The notes under the pieces: model-generated
The model's input: only the letters and a program-made list of their open reading frames with translations
Databases searched by the model: none
What the model was told of the DNA's origin: nothing
NCBI GenBank assembly: GCA_051294375.1
Contig: CM119271.1
Location: 12,577,039-12,641,038 of the forward strand
Reading direction: 5' to 3'
Length of the DNA: 64,000 bases
Source of the DNA: Paraspadella gotoi
Lineage: Eukaryota > Animalia > Chaetognatha
Shown here: one piece after another, positions 1-12,475 of the stretch
Layout: the number at the start of each line of letters is the position of its first letter
Position numbering within the stretch: position 1 is the stretch's first letter
Translations under genes and position numbers: made by a program

Positions 1-5
1 GAGAC

Positions 6-288
6 CTGCAACGGCGACGACCCTCCGATTTCGGTCCTCGTTCCGAAAACCAAATTCGTCACGACATTCGCCACAGCGACGCGAATCAAAGACATCGGCT
101 CGAAGGAAGCGCCTCTCTTCTCCAGCATCGCTTCCACCAACGCGTCCGCTTCCGCGAGGACCTTCGCTTCCATCCGAGCGCGTCCGAATCCCATGGAGGC
201 GAGGGAGGAAGTGACGAAGCGGTGGAGGCGAAGCCAATCGGGTGACCAGGATTGGTGAACGAGGCCGAGAGAGTCGGGGTTGATGGCT
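6..288 (-). CDS. Cytochrome P450 (clan 2 / CYP2-like), second coding exon; gene continues beyond the window
   Basis: Acceptor ccatccAG at 290-289 is phase-compatible with exon 1. Hand translation: RAINPDSLGLVHQSWSPDWLRLHRFVTSSLASMGFGRARMEAKVLAEADALVEAMLEKRGASFEPMSLIRVAVANVVTNLVFGTRTEIGGSSPLQ, matching the C-helix to E-helix pattern of CYP2 enzymes (WxxxRRF..L..FG.G...E..I.EE...L......G..FDP......V.NVI...FG.R). Possible donor CAG|GT at 5. This frame is not in the supplied ORF track. Confidence 0.88.
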
Positions 289-725
289 CTGGATGGATGG
301 ATGAATGGAATGGATGGATGGATGGTAGCATGGCATGGAGCGCATGATGGATGGGATGACGATGAATGATGAATGAATGAATGAGATGAATGAATGAATG
401 AATTGAATTAATATGAACGAATAATCGGAGCCCGACTTTGCACATCTTCTTAAGGTTTATATTAAGGTTATTTTTATGAATTGAAATGAATGACATGAAT
501 GAGATATATGAGTTATAGAGTGTATGATATTATATAATATGACTGATAAATGAATGGATGAATGGATGAATGAATGAATTACTAAATCAATGAATAAATG
601 TATTCTTCATATTTCTAGTTTTGACAATCCAGTGTTTCTGCAGTTGATCAATAATCAAGAGGAAGGCTCGTTGCTGTAGTAAAAAGAACCCTGCTGTTGT
701 AAACCTCCAAATCGTGATGTAGTAC

Positions 726-1102
726 CTGAGAAAGGCGTGATCCGCTCCTTCTCTCCCAGCAAATTCTTTCCGCATCAACATCTCCTTAGCGAGGATCACG
801 TCGTTAATAACGATAAACAGAGATTGTCCGGGCAGCAGTCCGAACTCGAAAATCGGTCCGTACTGCTCTCTCCAGGAGAACAGCCTCTTGGCCAGCTCGT
901 CCAGCCGGACGCTCGTGTTGCCCGTCAGCCAATGACCGCGCGGCCCGTGAGGCACGGGGTTGGCGAGACGGGGCCCTCGGGTCTGCGTGAGGCGTAGGAG
1001 GAGGATGAGGAGGAAAGAGGCCAAGAGGAGGGTGAGGAGCCAAGGATGGGAGAGGGTGGAGGGTAGAGGCCAAGGAAGAGGCCAAATCCAATGGAGAGAC
1101 AT
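726..1102 (-). CDS. Cytochrome P450 (clan 2 / CYP2-like), first coding exon
   Basis: ATG at 1102. Hydrophobic ER anchor (WLLTLLLASFLLILLL), then a proline hinge PVPHGPRGHWLTGN (cf. LPPGPxxLPxxGN), LFSWREQYGPIFEF (cf. YGPxF) and KEMLMRKEFAGR (cf. EALxxxxFxGR). Ends at donor CTCAG|GTACT (725), phase 2. Confidence 0.9.
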
Positions 1103-2899
1103 ATTTGGTTGTTTGTTTTAAAATTGTTCGATTCTGTTAAAAAAAGAACCGCGACGTTGCGTAATTTTTGTTTAAAAATATTTTTAATCCAAGATTTGAA
1201 ATACGGTTAATTTCGATACTAGAATAATCTGGATATATATATTCTCATATGATTCGTGACTATTTATTCGTCACTGTTTGCCTTGATAGACGTTTTGCAA
1301 TGTTGCTGAGTCAATCCTTACGGAAAAAGCTAAGCTAAAAGCGAGATTAATATTTAAATGAATATTAACATTTAAAGTAATTAATTAATATTTAAATGAG
1401 CGTGAAGCAAAAAAAAATTAGAATTTTCACCAAATACGCGATGTCGAAAAAAAAAAAAAATAAAAAAGAAAATTGAATCTCGTTTAAGGGAAGAAAAAAT
1501 AAAATAAAAAAAAAAAAAAAAAACTCATTTCGTTCTGTTGAACTTTATTAGAAATTAAAAGTTTAAAAAAAATTGAAATAAACGTTAAAACATGATATAA
1601 AAAGTTGAACTTAATGAAATCGCCCGGCCGAGCTAAAGTCAGAGAGCAGAAAGTGTAGAGGAGTTCAGCTTGTCGTGCGTCTTCGTCCATGTCGTCGGTC
1701 TGTTTGTCGTTCGTCGTTAGTGGTAGTGTATCTGGTATTAAGATCATTTGAGACTAATTTTTTTTAACCGATATATATCTAAAAATAAATAATACTTTAA
1801 CAAGATCTACAATGAATTCAATAAACTTGTAAATACATATAATACATCAGTTAATCCATCCATCGATCTAAACAAAACCATAAAATGCATTAAATTAAAA
1901 CAATCCATTCAATCAATCAATTATCAATCAATAAATTTAATCCAATAGATCCAAACAATCAATCATCAATACTAAATATATGGATTAGAACCCGGAAGCT
2001 TCCAGCACAAGCAGAGTCCTACCTGGACCTCGCCACCTTTGGCAAGTAATATACCTATGTTTCCATTAGTTCTATATTATTACCTAAACCTTCTCTGTTG
2101 ACTTTATTATTGCTTACCAAACAGAAGAAACATCAGGGACCTTAACATCAGCTGTTCACAATAGCTAATTTACTTTATTTTTGAATTCCAAAAAGATTGG
2201 GAAATATTCTTTCTCAACCCAAATATGGAAAATTATTGATTTATTATTTCTTTTTATATTTATTGTAAGATTGTTAATTAATTGAATAATTAATTAGGTT
2301 ATTGCTTTCGCCTTGGATATAGATATTTGACAATTTGCTTGCTTGGCAAAAGCATATTGGAATATCTATATGCTTGTTATTTTTTATTAAAGGCTCCTTG
2401 ATTTTACTCTATCTAACCAAGCTAAGTTGGTTTATGAAATATAACAATCTTAGACATCGTCTCAAGCTGTGCTTGTCAATCTCTCGTGATCCCTCCAAAA
2501 TCGGTCGCCAACTCCACGAACACGTAATGTAGCGCCCAAGCTGGAACCTCCGTGCGCTCGATACAAATAAGATAAACTCTAAAAATCTTGTGAAATATAA
2601 AATCTAATACAGATTTATGCACAACACGAAATAAGCCAATCAAGAAAGTCGACGCATAACACAAACATTTATTTCTTATTTGCCTTTTTTGGTTGTTTGT
2701 CTTTTGTTTGTTTCTCGTTGTTCTTTTTTTCAGCCGGTTGGGTCGGGGGAAGGAATGTGACTTCTCAATCAGTTGAGGAAGAAGACGATAACAGCACGCC
2801 TTTGTCTCGATTACAGTCGAAAACAAGGAATGGAGGTGAAAGGCTTCGCCTTCCTCTGTCTCTGTTCTTTCTTCTTCTCTCTCCACTCTCTCCCTCCTG

Positions 2900-2942
<43 letters not shown>

Positions 2943-3014
2943 TTTTTCTCTCGTCTCTCTATCTTTCCTCTCTCGTGTCTCTCTATCTCTCTCTTCTCGT
3001 CTCCTCTTCTCTCG

Positions 3015-3054
<40 letters not shown>

Positions 3055-3241
3055 CTTCTCCTCTTCTCTCTCCTCTCTCTCTCTCTCTTATCTCTTCTCT
3101 CTCTCTCTTCTCTTCTCTCTCCTCTCTCTCTACTCGTCTTTTTTCTTCGCCTTTTTCTTCCTTTTATTTTTTTCCCAGTCTTAATCATGGAAGCAGGGAT
3201 TCCTGAAACTGCCACGAGATAACGGAGGAGAATCTTTTTCA

Positions 3242-3353
<112 letters not shown>

Positions 3354-4240
3354 CGTCTATTTTACCTTTCTCGTTCCCATTTTTTCTTTAAATTTTTCTC
3401 CATTTTGCGTCTCTTCTACTTTCTTTCTCTTTTCCTTTTCAAGTTTTTTTTTTCGTTCATTGATTTTCTGTCAATTTCTGTTCCGCTTTGTTCTTTATTC
3501 TTTTCTTACAACTTTTCGTATTTTTTAAAAAAATATTAATTATTTTTAAATCTTCTCAACTAATTTTCACCGATTCCATCGCATTTGATTTAATTTTAGA
3601 AATTGTATGTGAAAATTGCAAAAATTACTTGTTTCACATTAGATCTTAAAATATCTAATATTTATGTTTTACTTTATTTTTTATGAGTTGTTTTTCTCTT
3701 GTTAAATTATTTACTGATTCTATATTATAAACTATAAATGAAATATTAATTTTTTTCAAAAGTTTCGTCATCTCTAACGTTATTTATATTAGGGATGAGA
3801 ATGACATCTCTCGGGCGAAAAAACATTCCCCAGACGGATGATTCTCTTCGGCGGGCGAGGGGGGGGGCGTGGGTGAAGAACCCGCCCGACCATAATAGCG
3901 CCGCCTATTGGGCCTCACCCACGACTTACCCTTCCATCCATTGTCAACCCACCCGGGGTTTTCTGTTTTTTGGAAGGGCACCCGTTCGTCTTTCTCAAAA
4001 GTTGTCTCGTCTCCAACTTTGTTGGATAACCCATTACTCAACTACGACATTCTTGAGAACTTAACGATCCTTAACCATGCTAGCATTGTCTGCTCACTTA
4101 CGATACACCTTACCATGCTTTCTTGCCTTAATCCTTTACCATGCTACTTTACTTTGCGTTTCTTTCGGATATGATGCCTTGCTCGTATTCCATGACACTT
4201 TACACTGCTTTCTTTACAATGCTCCGATCTCTCTTTAACA

Positions 4241-4321
<81 letters not shown>

Positions 4322-5417
4322 GTCGGGGCGTCGTCGATAATTATGGGTTAAACAGACGAGTTAACCTTCGAACGGTTGATCGCCCCAGAGGACAATCTTT
4401 GAAGTTCGCGATTTGAGAGAGAAGAGAAGAGAAGAGAAGAGAAGAGAAGAGAAGAGAAGAGAAGAGAAGAGAAGAGAAGAGAAGAGAAGAGAAGAGAAGA
4501 GAAGAGAAGAGAAAAGAAAAGAAATTCATCTTCGAATTTAAAACAATCTTTTTTTTAGTAAACAATATTTTACCGAGCGACATCTACGGGCCTTTTTAAA
4601 AATAATCCTCACTGCTAACCATTTGTAGAATTTTTTTGAGGGTAATAAGAACATTTAAGTTACTAGTTACTATTATATATATATTTTGTAAAAAAAAGGT
4701 TTGCTAATTGCTAGAAGAGTTCAGATTTCAGATTTCTCAGAAATGATTTTTAAGATGAAGGTTAGAAAGAAAAGATAATTTTTCCAAAAAAATTTGAAAA
4801 TATTATATTAGTGAGAAGATTTATAATATTATAATATTATAATACGAAGATTTGAAAAAATTAGATTTATAAGAAAGTATTAAAGAAGAAGAAAAGGAAG
4901 AAGACATTAAAAATAAAAAGAAGAAGAAGAAGAAGAGGAGGAAGAAGAGACTTTACGACGAAGATGAGAGAGAGAGAAATTTGGCGGGAAAAAAAGAAAA
5001 AAGTGATAAAAGTTGTGAGATTCAAAGGTTAATTCACTTCTTTTTTCACGAGTGAAGAGAGAAGAAAATGAGGAGGAGGAGGAGGAGGAGGAGGAGGAGA
5101 AAAATGGATTCCCCTCTCCGTCGGGCGGCGTCGTGGCGGCGTCCTTCGTTGTCGGACGGCGTCGGGCGGCGTCGGGCGGCGTCGGGCGGCGTCGGGCGGC
5201 GTCTTTAGCCTCAAAATATGAAGGATTAATGGGGTCAGAGTTGGTTATGGGTGAGCGAAGGGCGCGGGGCGGAGCGCTCAGACCCCACACGGCCGCGTAG
5301 CGCGCTCCGCTAAACTCACCGGGCTTAAGCACCGGAGCGGCCTCCCGCTCCGCAAGGTTCTCGCATCGCGCGCGCCCTCTTTTGAGAAAGAGGTGGCGTC
5401 GTGGCCTCCAAGTCAGG

Positions 5418-5493
<76 letters not shown>

Positions 5494-6360
5494 GAGAGAG
5501 AGAGAACAGAGACCAGATAGTAAAGAGAATAAAACAAAAATCTTTACGTTTTGTTTACAAAAATTACGATGAAATAATAACGAGAATAATAAAAAATCAA
5601 ACAAGGAATAAAAAAAAACAAAAGACATTTGTTTTCGTTATTTTTCTTAACGAAAAAGGTCAAACTGGAAGAGTAAAAAGTAAATAGAGATAAGAAAGGA
5701 AAGAAGAAAAAAAACTAAGAGAAAGAAAAATAAAAAGAAAAGAAAAATCTGTCGTTTCGATGTTTTGCGATGATTTACTTTTTCGAAAAGCAATTTTTTG
5801 AAAGAAATTTTCATAGTAATTAATTAAAATATCAAAATATTTATTCTAAACTATAATGCACTGACTCCGTGATAATATTTTTAATATTTTAACATATCTA
5901 CGCAAGCTTGGTACACAATTAAAATAAAATATTAAATAAAATTTGCCTAATTTAATTTTCAATCATATGGGAAAAAATTTTTATTACCAGATAACAACAT
6001 ATCTTTCTACCTAGTATTAATAAAATAATATAATAATAATAAAATTCAAAGCATTTAGAATAAAAGTAGTAAAGATAATCAAACCAACCGACCGACCGAC
6101 AAGTGACTTAGAGAGTCACCCCGTGAGTACTCGCATCGAAACTAAAAAGAGAAAAAAAGAAAATCTAGAATCAGAGAAGAAAGAATTTTTTGTTGGTGGC
6201 GATAGAATCTTTTTTAAAGTTTATTGAAGCCTCGAGTTTAAGACCCTGAGGGTAAAAGGAGAACCGATGGAACTTGTGGATGGAATAACAGATGAACTGA
6301 AAATCTCTCTCTCTCTCTCTCTCTCTTCTTTCTCTTTCTCTCTCTCTCTCTCTCTCTCCT

Positions 6361-6399
<39 letters not shown>

Positions 6400-6423
<24 letters not shown>

Positions 6424-6752
6424 TACTCTACTCCCCCTCCCTCTTTCTCTGCTCTCAATCGCTGCTCCGGCCGCCGGGACGTCGTTTTTCCGTCGAAAAT
6501 TTACGGCGCGTTGTCCTGATTTTCCTTTCCCCATCGCGACGCCGGTTTCGCGCGGAAATGACGCCGCTTCTGACCTGAAAACCGACGCCGCTTCTGACCC
6601 TAAATTGACGCCGGAATTTTCGATTTAATTGACGCCGGAATTCCGACGGCGCCGATATATCTTTTGCGGCGTCCGAATCGGCGTCGGCTGCTGCTCGGTG
6701 CGACTGTGACGGCGATGCTGCTGCTGTGTTCTTATTATATCTCTGGTTTTAT

Positions 6753-6785
<33 letters not shown>

Positions 6786-9700
6786 TTCTTCAGGTGAGAG
6801 GGAAAACCATCGCTGTCATCATCGTCGTTGTCGTCGTCATTGTCGTCGTCTTATCGTCGTCGTCTTCATCGTCGTCGTCATCGTCGTGTCTTCTTCATCG
6901 TCTTCATTGTCGTCGTCGTCGTCTTCATTGTTGTTCGTCGTCGTCGTCATCATCGTCGTCGTTTTCGTCGTCATCGTCATCCCCGCTTCCCACAAAAAAA
7001 ATCAAGAAAGGAGGGAAGGAATAAGGGAGGGTAAGAACTAAGATCTAGTCAAAGGGTCATTTTTGGGTCATCTAAGGTCATGAATATACAATTAGGGTCA
7101 CGATCCGAGGTTTTTATGATTTAGACGCGAGACGCCTTCCGAGGAAGCGTAGGTTGAGCGTTAGGAGGCGGCGGCGGCTGCTGCTGCGGCGGCTGCTGCG
7201 GCGGGGGCTGCTGCTGCTGCGGCTGCTACGGCGAGTCACGTGATCAAAAGATTCGATCGACGATGAATTAGAAAAAGATTCAGATTTTTTTTTTTAAATT
7301 AAGATTCAGAAATTTATATTCAAAGAGATTGACTGCCGAGCCCAAGCTTGGACATATACTACGTTTATGAAATTGGTACAATCAATATAAAAATTATACA
7401 CATTCATTTAATAAATAAATTATTTCGCCCCTGACTTTGGACAGGCTTTGATGGTTTAAGGCCTCCATCACACCGCTGCCACCACATTTAAGTAAGTAGA
7501 CAGGGATTTCAGCATGAAACCAAAAGGTGGATTATATTCTCAGAAATACGACAAGCGAAGAACGGTGTGAGAATTTTAGGCAGCTTGAATCAATACAAAA
7601 ACGGTCAGTATTTATACAGCGCCATCGGATCATCGACACGGGCTCTCCTTCCCGATGGCATGAAGCCCCTCTTCTCATTGGTTGATCTCCGGAGGTGATT
7701 CATCCAATCGGCGAGTCCTTGGTAGATTTTATCCGAGTCGCCGATCCGGTTTGATTCCTATTTAAAATACAATATAATATAATATAATATAATATAATAT
7801 AATATAATACAAAATAATCCTGTAAGCTTTCAAACAAGACTCTCTCACATTCTAATTTATTCACTGGCAATTAGACAAAGTAACTGGCTTCTCTATCAAT
7901 GAAATGATATCACATTCAAAAGTATTCTTCAATTGTATAAAAGGAAACTTTTTCTCATATTGTACTCGTATTTCAATCTATTTTTCGACTTCGTATCTAC
8001 GGTACGGACGTTGTTTGCGTTTTTGCAAATGATGGTGATGCTAAAGAGTTACTATGATAGCGACGGTGACAATGATAAAGAGTCTCTATGATAGCGACAG
8101 TGACGATGATAGGGGTGATGATAATGACTTTCTGAAAATGATGTCAAAGAGAGAAAAAAAAAATGAGAAAAGCCTCGAATTCCAACGAAGCGAAAATTAT
8201 CTCTCGACCAGAAACGACGACGACGACGACGATAACGACGATTATGACGACGACGATGACGAGAATTATAATCACGACGACCACAACAACAACAACGACG
8301 ACAACGACATTGATAACGACTTTTCCGACTTCATCCACAGATTTTTTATTTCTCGCTGATTTCCGTAGTTTAGATAAGGAATAATTCATTCATTCATTCA
8401 TAGAATCATTTATTCATTCGTTCATTCGTTCATTTGTTCATTCGTTCATTCATTCATTCACCAAACCTGTAGATGGCCCAAGATGGTGCCATCCAACGTG
8501 ATAACGGAAGTGAAGTTGGCGCTGATGTTGGCGCTATTTCGTGGCTCGACTGATTGTTTATTGTTTATGTAAAAGCATTCATAAACCAACTTGCTTGGTT
8601 AAAGGAAGTAAAACCTTAATAAAATAATCAAAGNNNNNNNNNNNNNNNNNNNNNNNNNNNNNNNNNNNNNNNNNNNNNNNNNNNNNNNNNNNNNNNNNNN
8701 NNNNNNNNNNNNNNNNNNNNNNNNNNNNNNNNNTCATCTATTGTTCATTCAATCGTTAACTGATTCATTCAATAGAATTAATAATTCATCCATTTATTTC
8801 ATTAATTCTTTCCATCTCACGCTCGTCCCCAACATCGTTTTTTTTTCATCACCGTTCTATCATCGTTCATCGATCATTCATTCATTCATTCACTCATTTA
8901 TTCAACGTCGCTCGCCTCATATGTTCGGAATTTCCATGGGGAACGAATGACCGGCACTGACGACGACGATGACGACGACGACACGATGACGACTTCCCCT
9001 CCCTTCTCTCTCTTACTCTCTCCCCACCTCCGCTCTTTCTCCTCTCTCAATCCGCTGCTCCCGGCGCCGCGTCGTTTTCCGTCGAAAATTTACGGCGCCC
9101 TTGTCCTGCATTTTCCTTTCCCCTCGCGACGGCCGGTTTATCGCCGCGGAAATGACGCCGCTTCTGACCTGAACCGACGCCGCTTCTGCACCCTTAAATT
9201 GACGCACGGAATTTCGTATTTAATTGACGCGCGCGGAATTCCGACGGCGCCGATATATCATGTTGCGGCGTCCCGAAATCGCTGTCGGCTCCTTGCTCGG
9301 TGCGACGGTGACGGCGATGCTGCTGCTGTTGTTATTATATCTTCTTGTTTTATTTGTTGTTGTTGCGTTGTTTTTTTTCTTCAGGTGAGAGGGAAACCAT
9401 CGCTGTCCATCATCGTCGTTGTCGTCTCCCACTGTCGTCGTCTTTATCGTCGTCGTCTTCATCGTCGTCGTCATCTCGTTGTCTCTCATCGTCTTTTCTT
9501 CATTGTGTCATCTCATTGTTGTTCTACGTCCGTCATCATTCGTCGTCGTTTCGTCGTCATCGTCACCCCGTCCTTCCACAAAAAAAATTCTCAAGAAAGA
9601 CGAGAGAATAAGGAGGCTAAGAACTAAGCATCAGGTGCCAAAGGGTCATTTGTCATCTAAGTCATGAATATACAATTAGGGTCACATCCGAGCGTTTTTA

Positions 9701-11990
9701 TGATATTTAGACGCGAGAAACGCCTTCCGAGAAGCGTAGGTTGAGCGTTAGGAGGCGGCGGCGGCTGCTGCTGCGGCGGCGGCTGCTTGCGGCGGTGAGG
9801 GCTGCTGCTGCTGCGGCTGCCAACGGCGAGTCACGTGATCAAAAGATTCGATCGGACGATATGAATTAGAAAAAGAATTCAGAATTTTTTTTTTTTAATT
9901 AAATTAAGATTTTCAGAAAATTTATAGATTTCAAGAGATTGACTGCCGAGGCCCAAGCCGTTGGACAGTAATACTTACGTTTATGAAAATTGTACAATCC
10001 CAATATAAAAATCTATACACATTCATTTATAAATAAATTATTTATTTTCGCCCCTTGACTTTGACAGGCTTTGATGCGTTTAAGGCCTTCCATCACCACC
10101 GCTGCCACCACATTAAAAAAGTAAGTAGGACAGCGGATTTCAGCGTATGACCGGTGGAAACCAAAGGTTGGATATAATTCTCAGAAATACGACAAACGAA
10201 GAACCGGGTTGTAAGAATGTAGGCAAGATGAAGCAATACAAAAAACGGTCAGTAGTTTTATACAGACTCTCTCTCTTCCCTAACCCAACCTAACCCTAAC
10301 CCTAACACCTAACCCTAACCGTATTACAGAGCCTTCGGATCATCGACACGGGCTCCCTTTCCCCCGATGCTTGAAAAGCCCCTCTTCTCATTGGTTGATC
10401 TCCGGAGGTGATTTCATCTCCAATCGGCGAGGTCCTTGGTAAGATTTTATCCGAGTCGCCGATCCAGGTTTGAATTTCTCCTATATTTAAAATACAAATA
10501 ATAAATATAATATATATAATATATATATAATACAAAAATAATTTCTGTAAGCTTTCAAACAAGACTCTCTTCACATTTCTAATTTATTTACCACTGGCAA
10601 TTAGAACAAAGGTAACTGGTTCTCTATCAATGAAATGATATCACGTTTTAAAAAGTATTCTCAATTGGTATAAAGAAACTTTTTCTTCATATTGTACTCG
10701 TATTTCAATCTATTTCGATATTTCGTATCTACGGTACGGACGTGTTTGCGTTTTTTATTTTGCAAATGATGGTTGATGCAAAAGAGTCACTATGATAGCG
10801 ACGTGACAATGATTAAACGACGTTACTATGATAGCGACGTGACAATGATAAAGAGTCTCTATGATAGCGACATGACTGATGATAGGGTGATGATAAAAAA
10901 TTTCTGAAAATGAGGCAAAGAAAAGAAAAAAAATGAGATGAAAGCCTCCGATCCCAACGAAGCAAAATTATCAAAAAAATTATCTCTCGACCAGAAACGA
11001 CGACGACGACGACGATAACGACGATTATGACACGACGAGGACCGAGAATTATATATATAACCCACGACAACCACAACAACAACAACGACGACCAACGACA
11101 TTGCCGATAACGACTTTTTCCGACTCTCACAGATTTTTTTATTACTCGCTGAATTTCCGCCGTAGTTTAGAAGAAAGGAAAAAAATAATTATTTGTCATT
11201 CATGGTTTCAATGAATCATTTATTTTCATCTTTCATTCGGTTCATTGTTCATTGCGTTCACCATCTAAACCAGTTAATATTACAACCACATCGTTTAATC
11301 ACTCGTTTTCAATCGTTAACTATTCATTCAATGGCTCGTTCATCGATTGTTCATTTTCAATACCGTTAACTGATTCATTTCAATGGCTCGGATCATCTAT
11401 TGTTCATTCAATGCGGTTAACTGTATCATTCAGTTACTATTCATCATGACTCGTTCATCTACTGTTCATTCAATCGTTAACTTATTCATTCAATGGCTCG
11501 TTCATCATGGTTTCATTCAATCGTATCGAATCACTACACTTCTTATCTATGTTCATTCAATCGTTAACTTCTTCATTCAATGACTCGTTAATCTATTGTT
11601 TCATTTCAAGAATTCGTTGAACTGTTATTCATTCAAGGGCCTGCGTTCATCTATTGTTTTTCATTCAATCGTTAACATATTCATTCAATCTTAACTTATT
11701 CATTTTTCAATGGACTCCCGTTCACTATTGTTTCATTCAATCGTTTTAACTGATTCATTCAATAGATTAATAATTCATCCATTCTATTCAGTAAGTTCTT
11801 TCCATCTCACCGCTCGTCCCCAACAGCGCTTTTTTTTTCATCCACCGTCTTAACTCATGTCGTTCATCGATCATTCATTCTTCATTCACTCATTTATTCC
11901 AACCTGTTCGCTCCCTCAATGTTCCGGCAAATTCTCATCGGAAAAACACGAAATGACCGGCACTGACGACGACGACCGATGATGACGACG
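6400..11990. repeat. Tandem duplication of roughly 2.6-3.0 kb (6400-8990 and 8995-11990)
   Basis: Collinear matches throughout, e.g. 6480/9071, 7230/9826, 7630/10340 and 8734-8990/11722-11990. The second copy carries many 1-bp indels. Confidence 0.9.
11290..11765. repeat. Roughly 46-bp degenerate minisatellite
   Basis: Unit approximately TCATTCAATCGTTAACTTATTCATTCAATGGCTCGTTCATCTATTGT. Confidence 0.85.
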
Positions 11991-12423
11991 ACAAAAAAAA
12001 AACGAGGTGGAGACGACGACGACGAACGAACGACAACAACGATGACGACAAAAGAAGACGACTGACGATGATGATCGATTGATACGACCGCGGACAACCA
12101 ACATTAAAGTGACCAAGTGGATGACGACAACACGAGGAAGACGACGACGAATGACGACAATTGAATGACGGGACGAATNNNNNNNNNNNNNNNNNNNNNN
12201 NNNGACGACGACGACCAGTATTAATGATCTCCGTGATAACAAATGACGAGAGTTGACGAATAGAGATGAAGACGACGAAGACGACGACGAAGACGACCGA
12301 GACGATGATGATGAAGACGACGACGATGACGACGACAACAACCACAGCAACAACGAAATCCAGACGCCTGATGTAATGTATTTGCTGATCTCATAGGTGT
12401 TGATAAAATGTTCGGAAAAAAAT

Positions 12424-12475
<52 letters not shown>

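Noticed and set aside
86-496. 136-aa ORF as the P450 continuation
   Set aside because: Wrong frame and partly an intronic (TCAT/TCCA)n repeat. The P450 motifs lie in another frame starting at 288.
7120-7232. PolyQ/polyP or polyA exon
   Set aside because: A (GCN)n tract open in several frames, with splice signals not conserved between the two copies and no recognisable domain.
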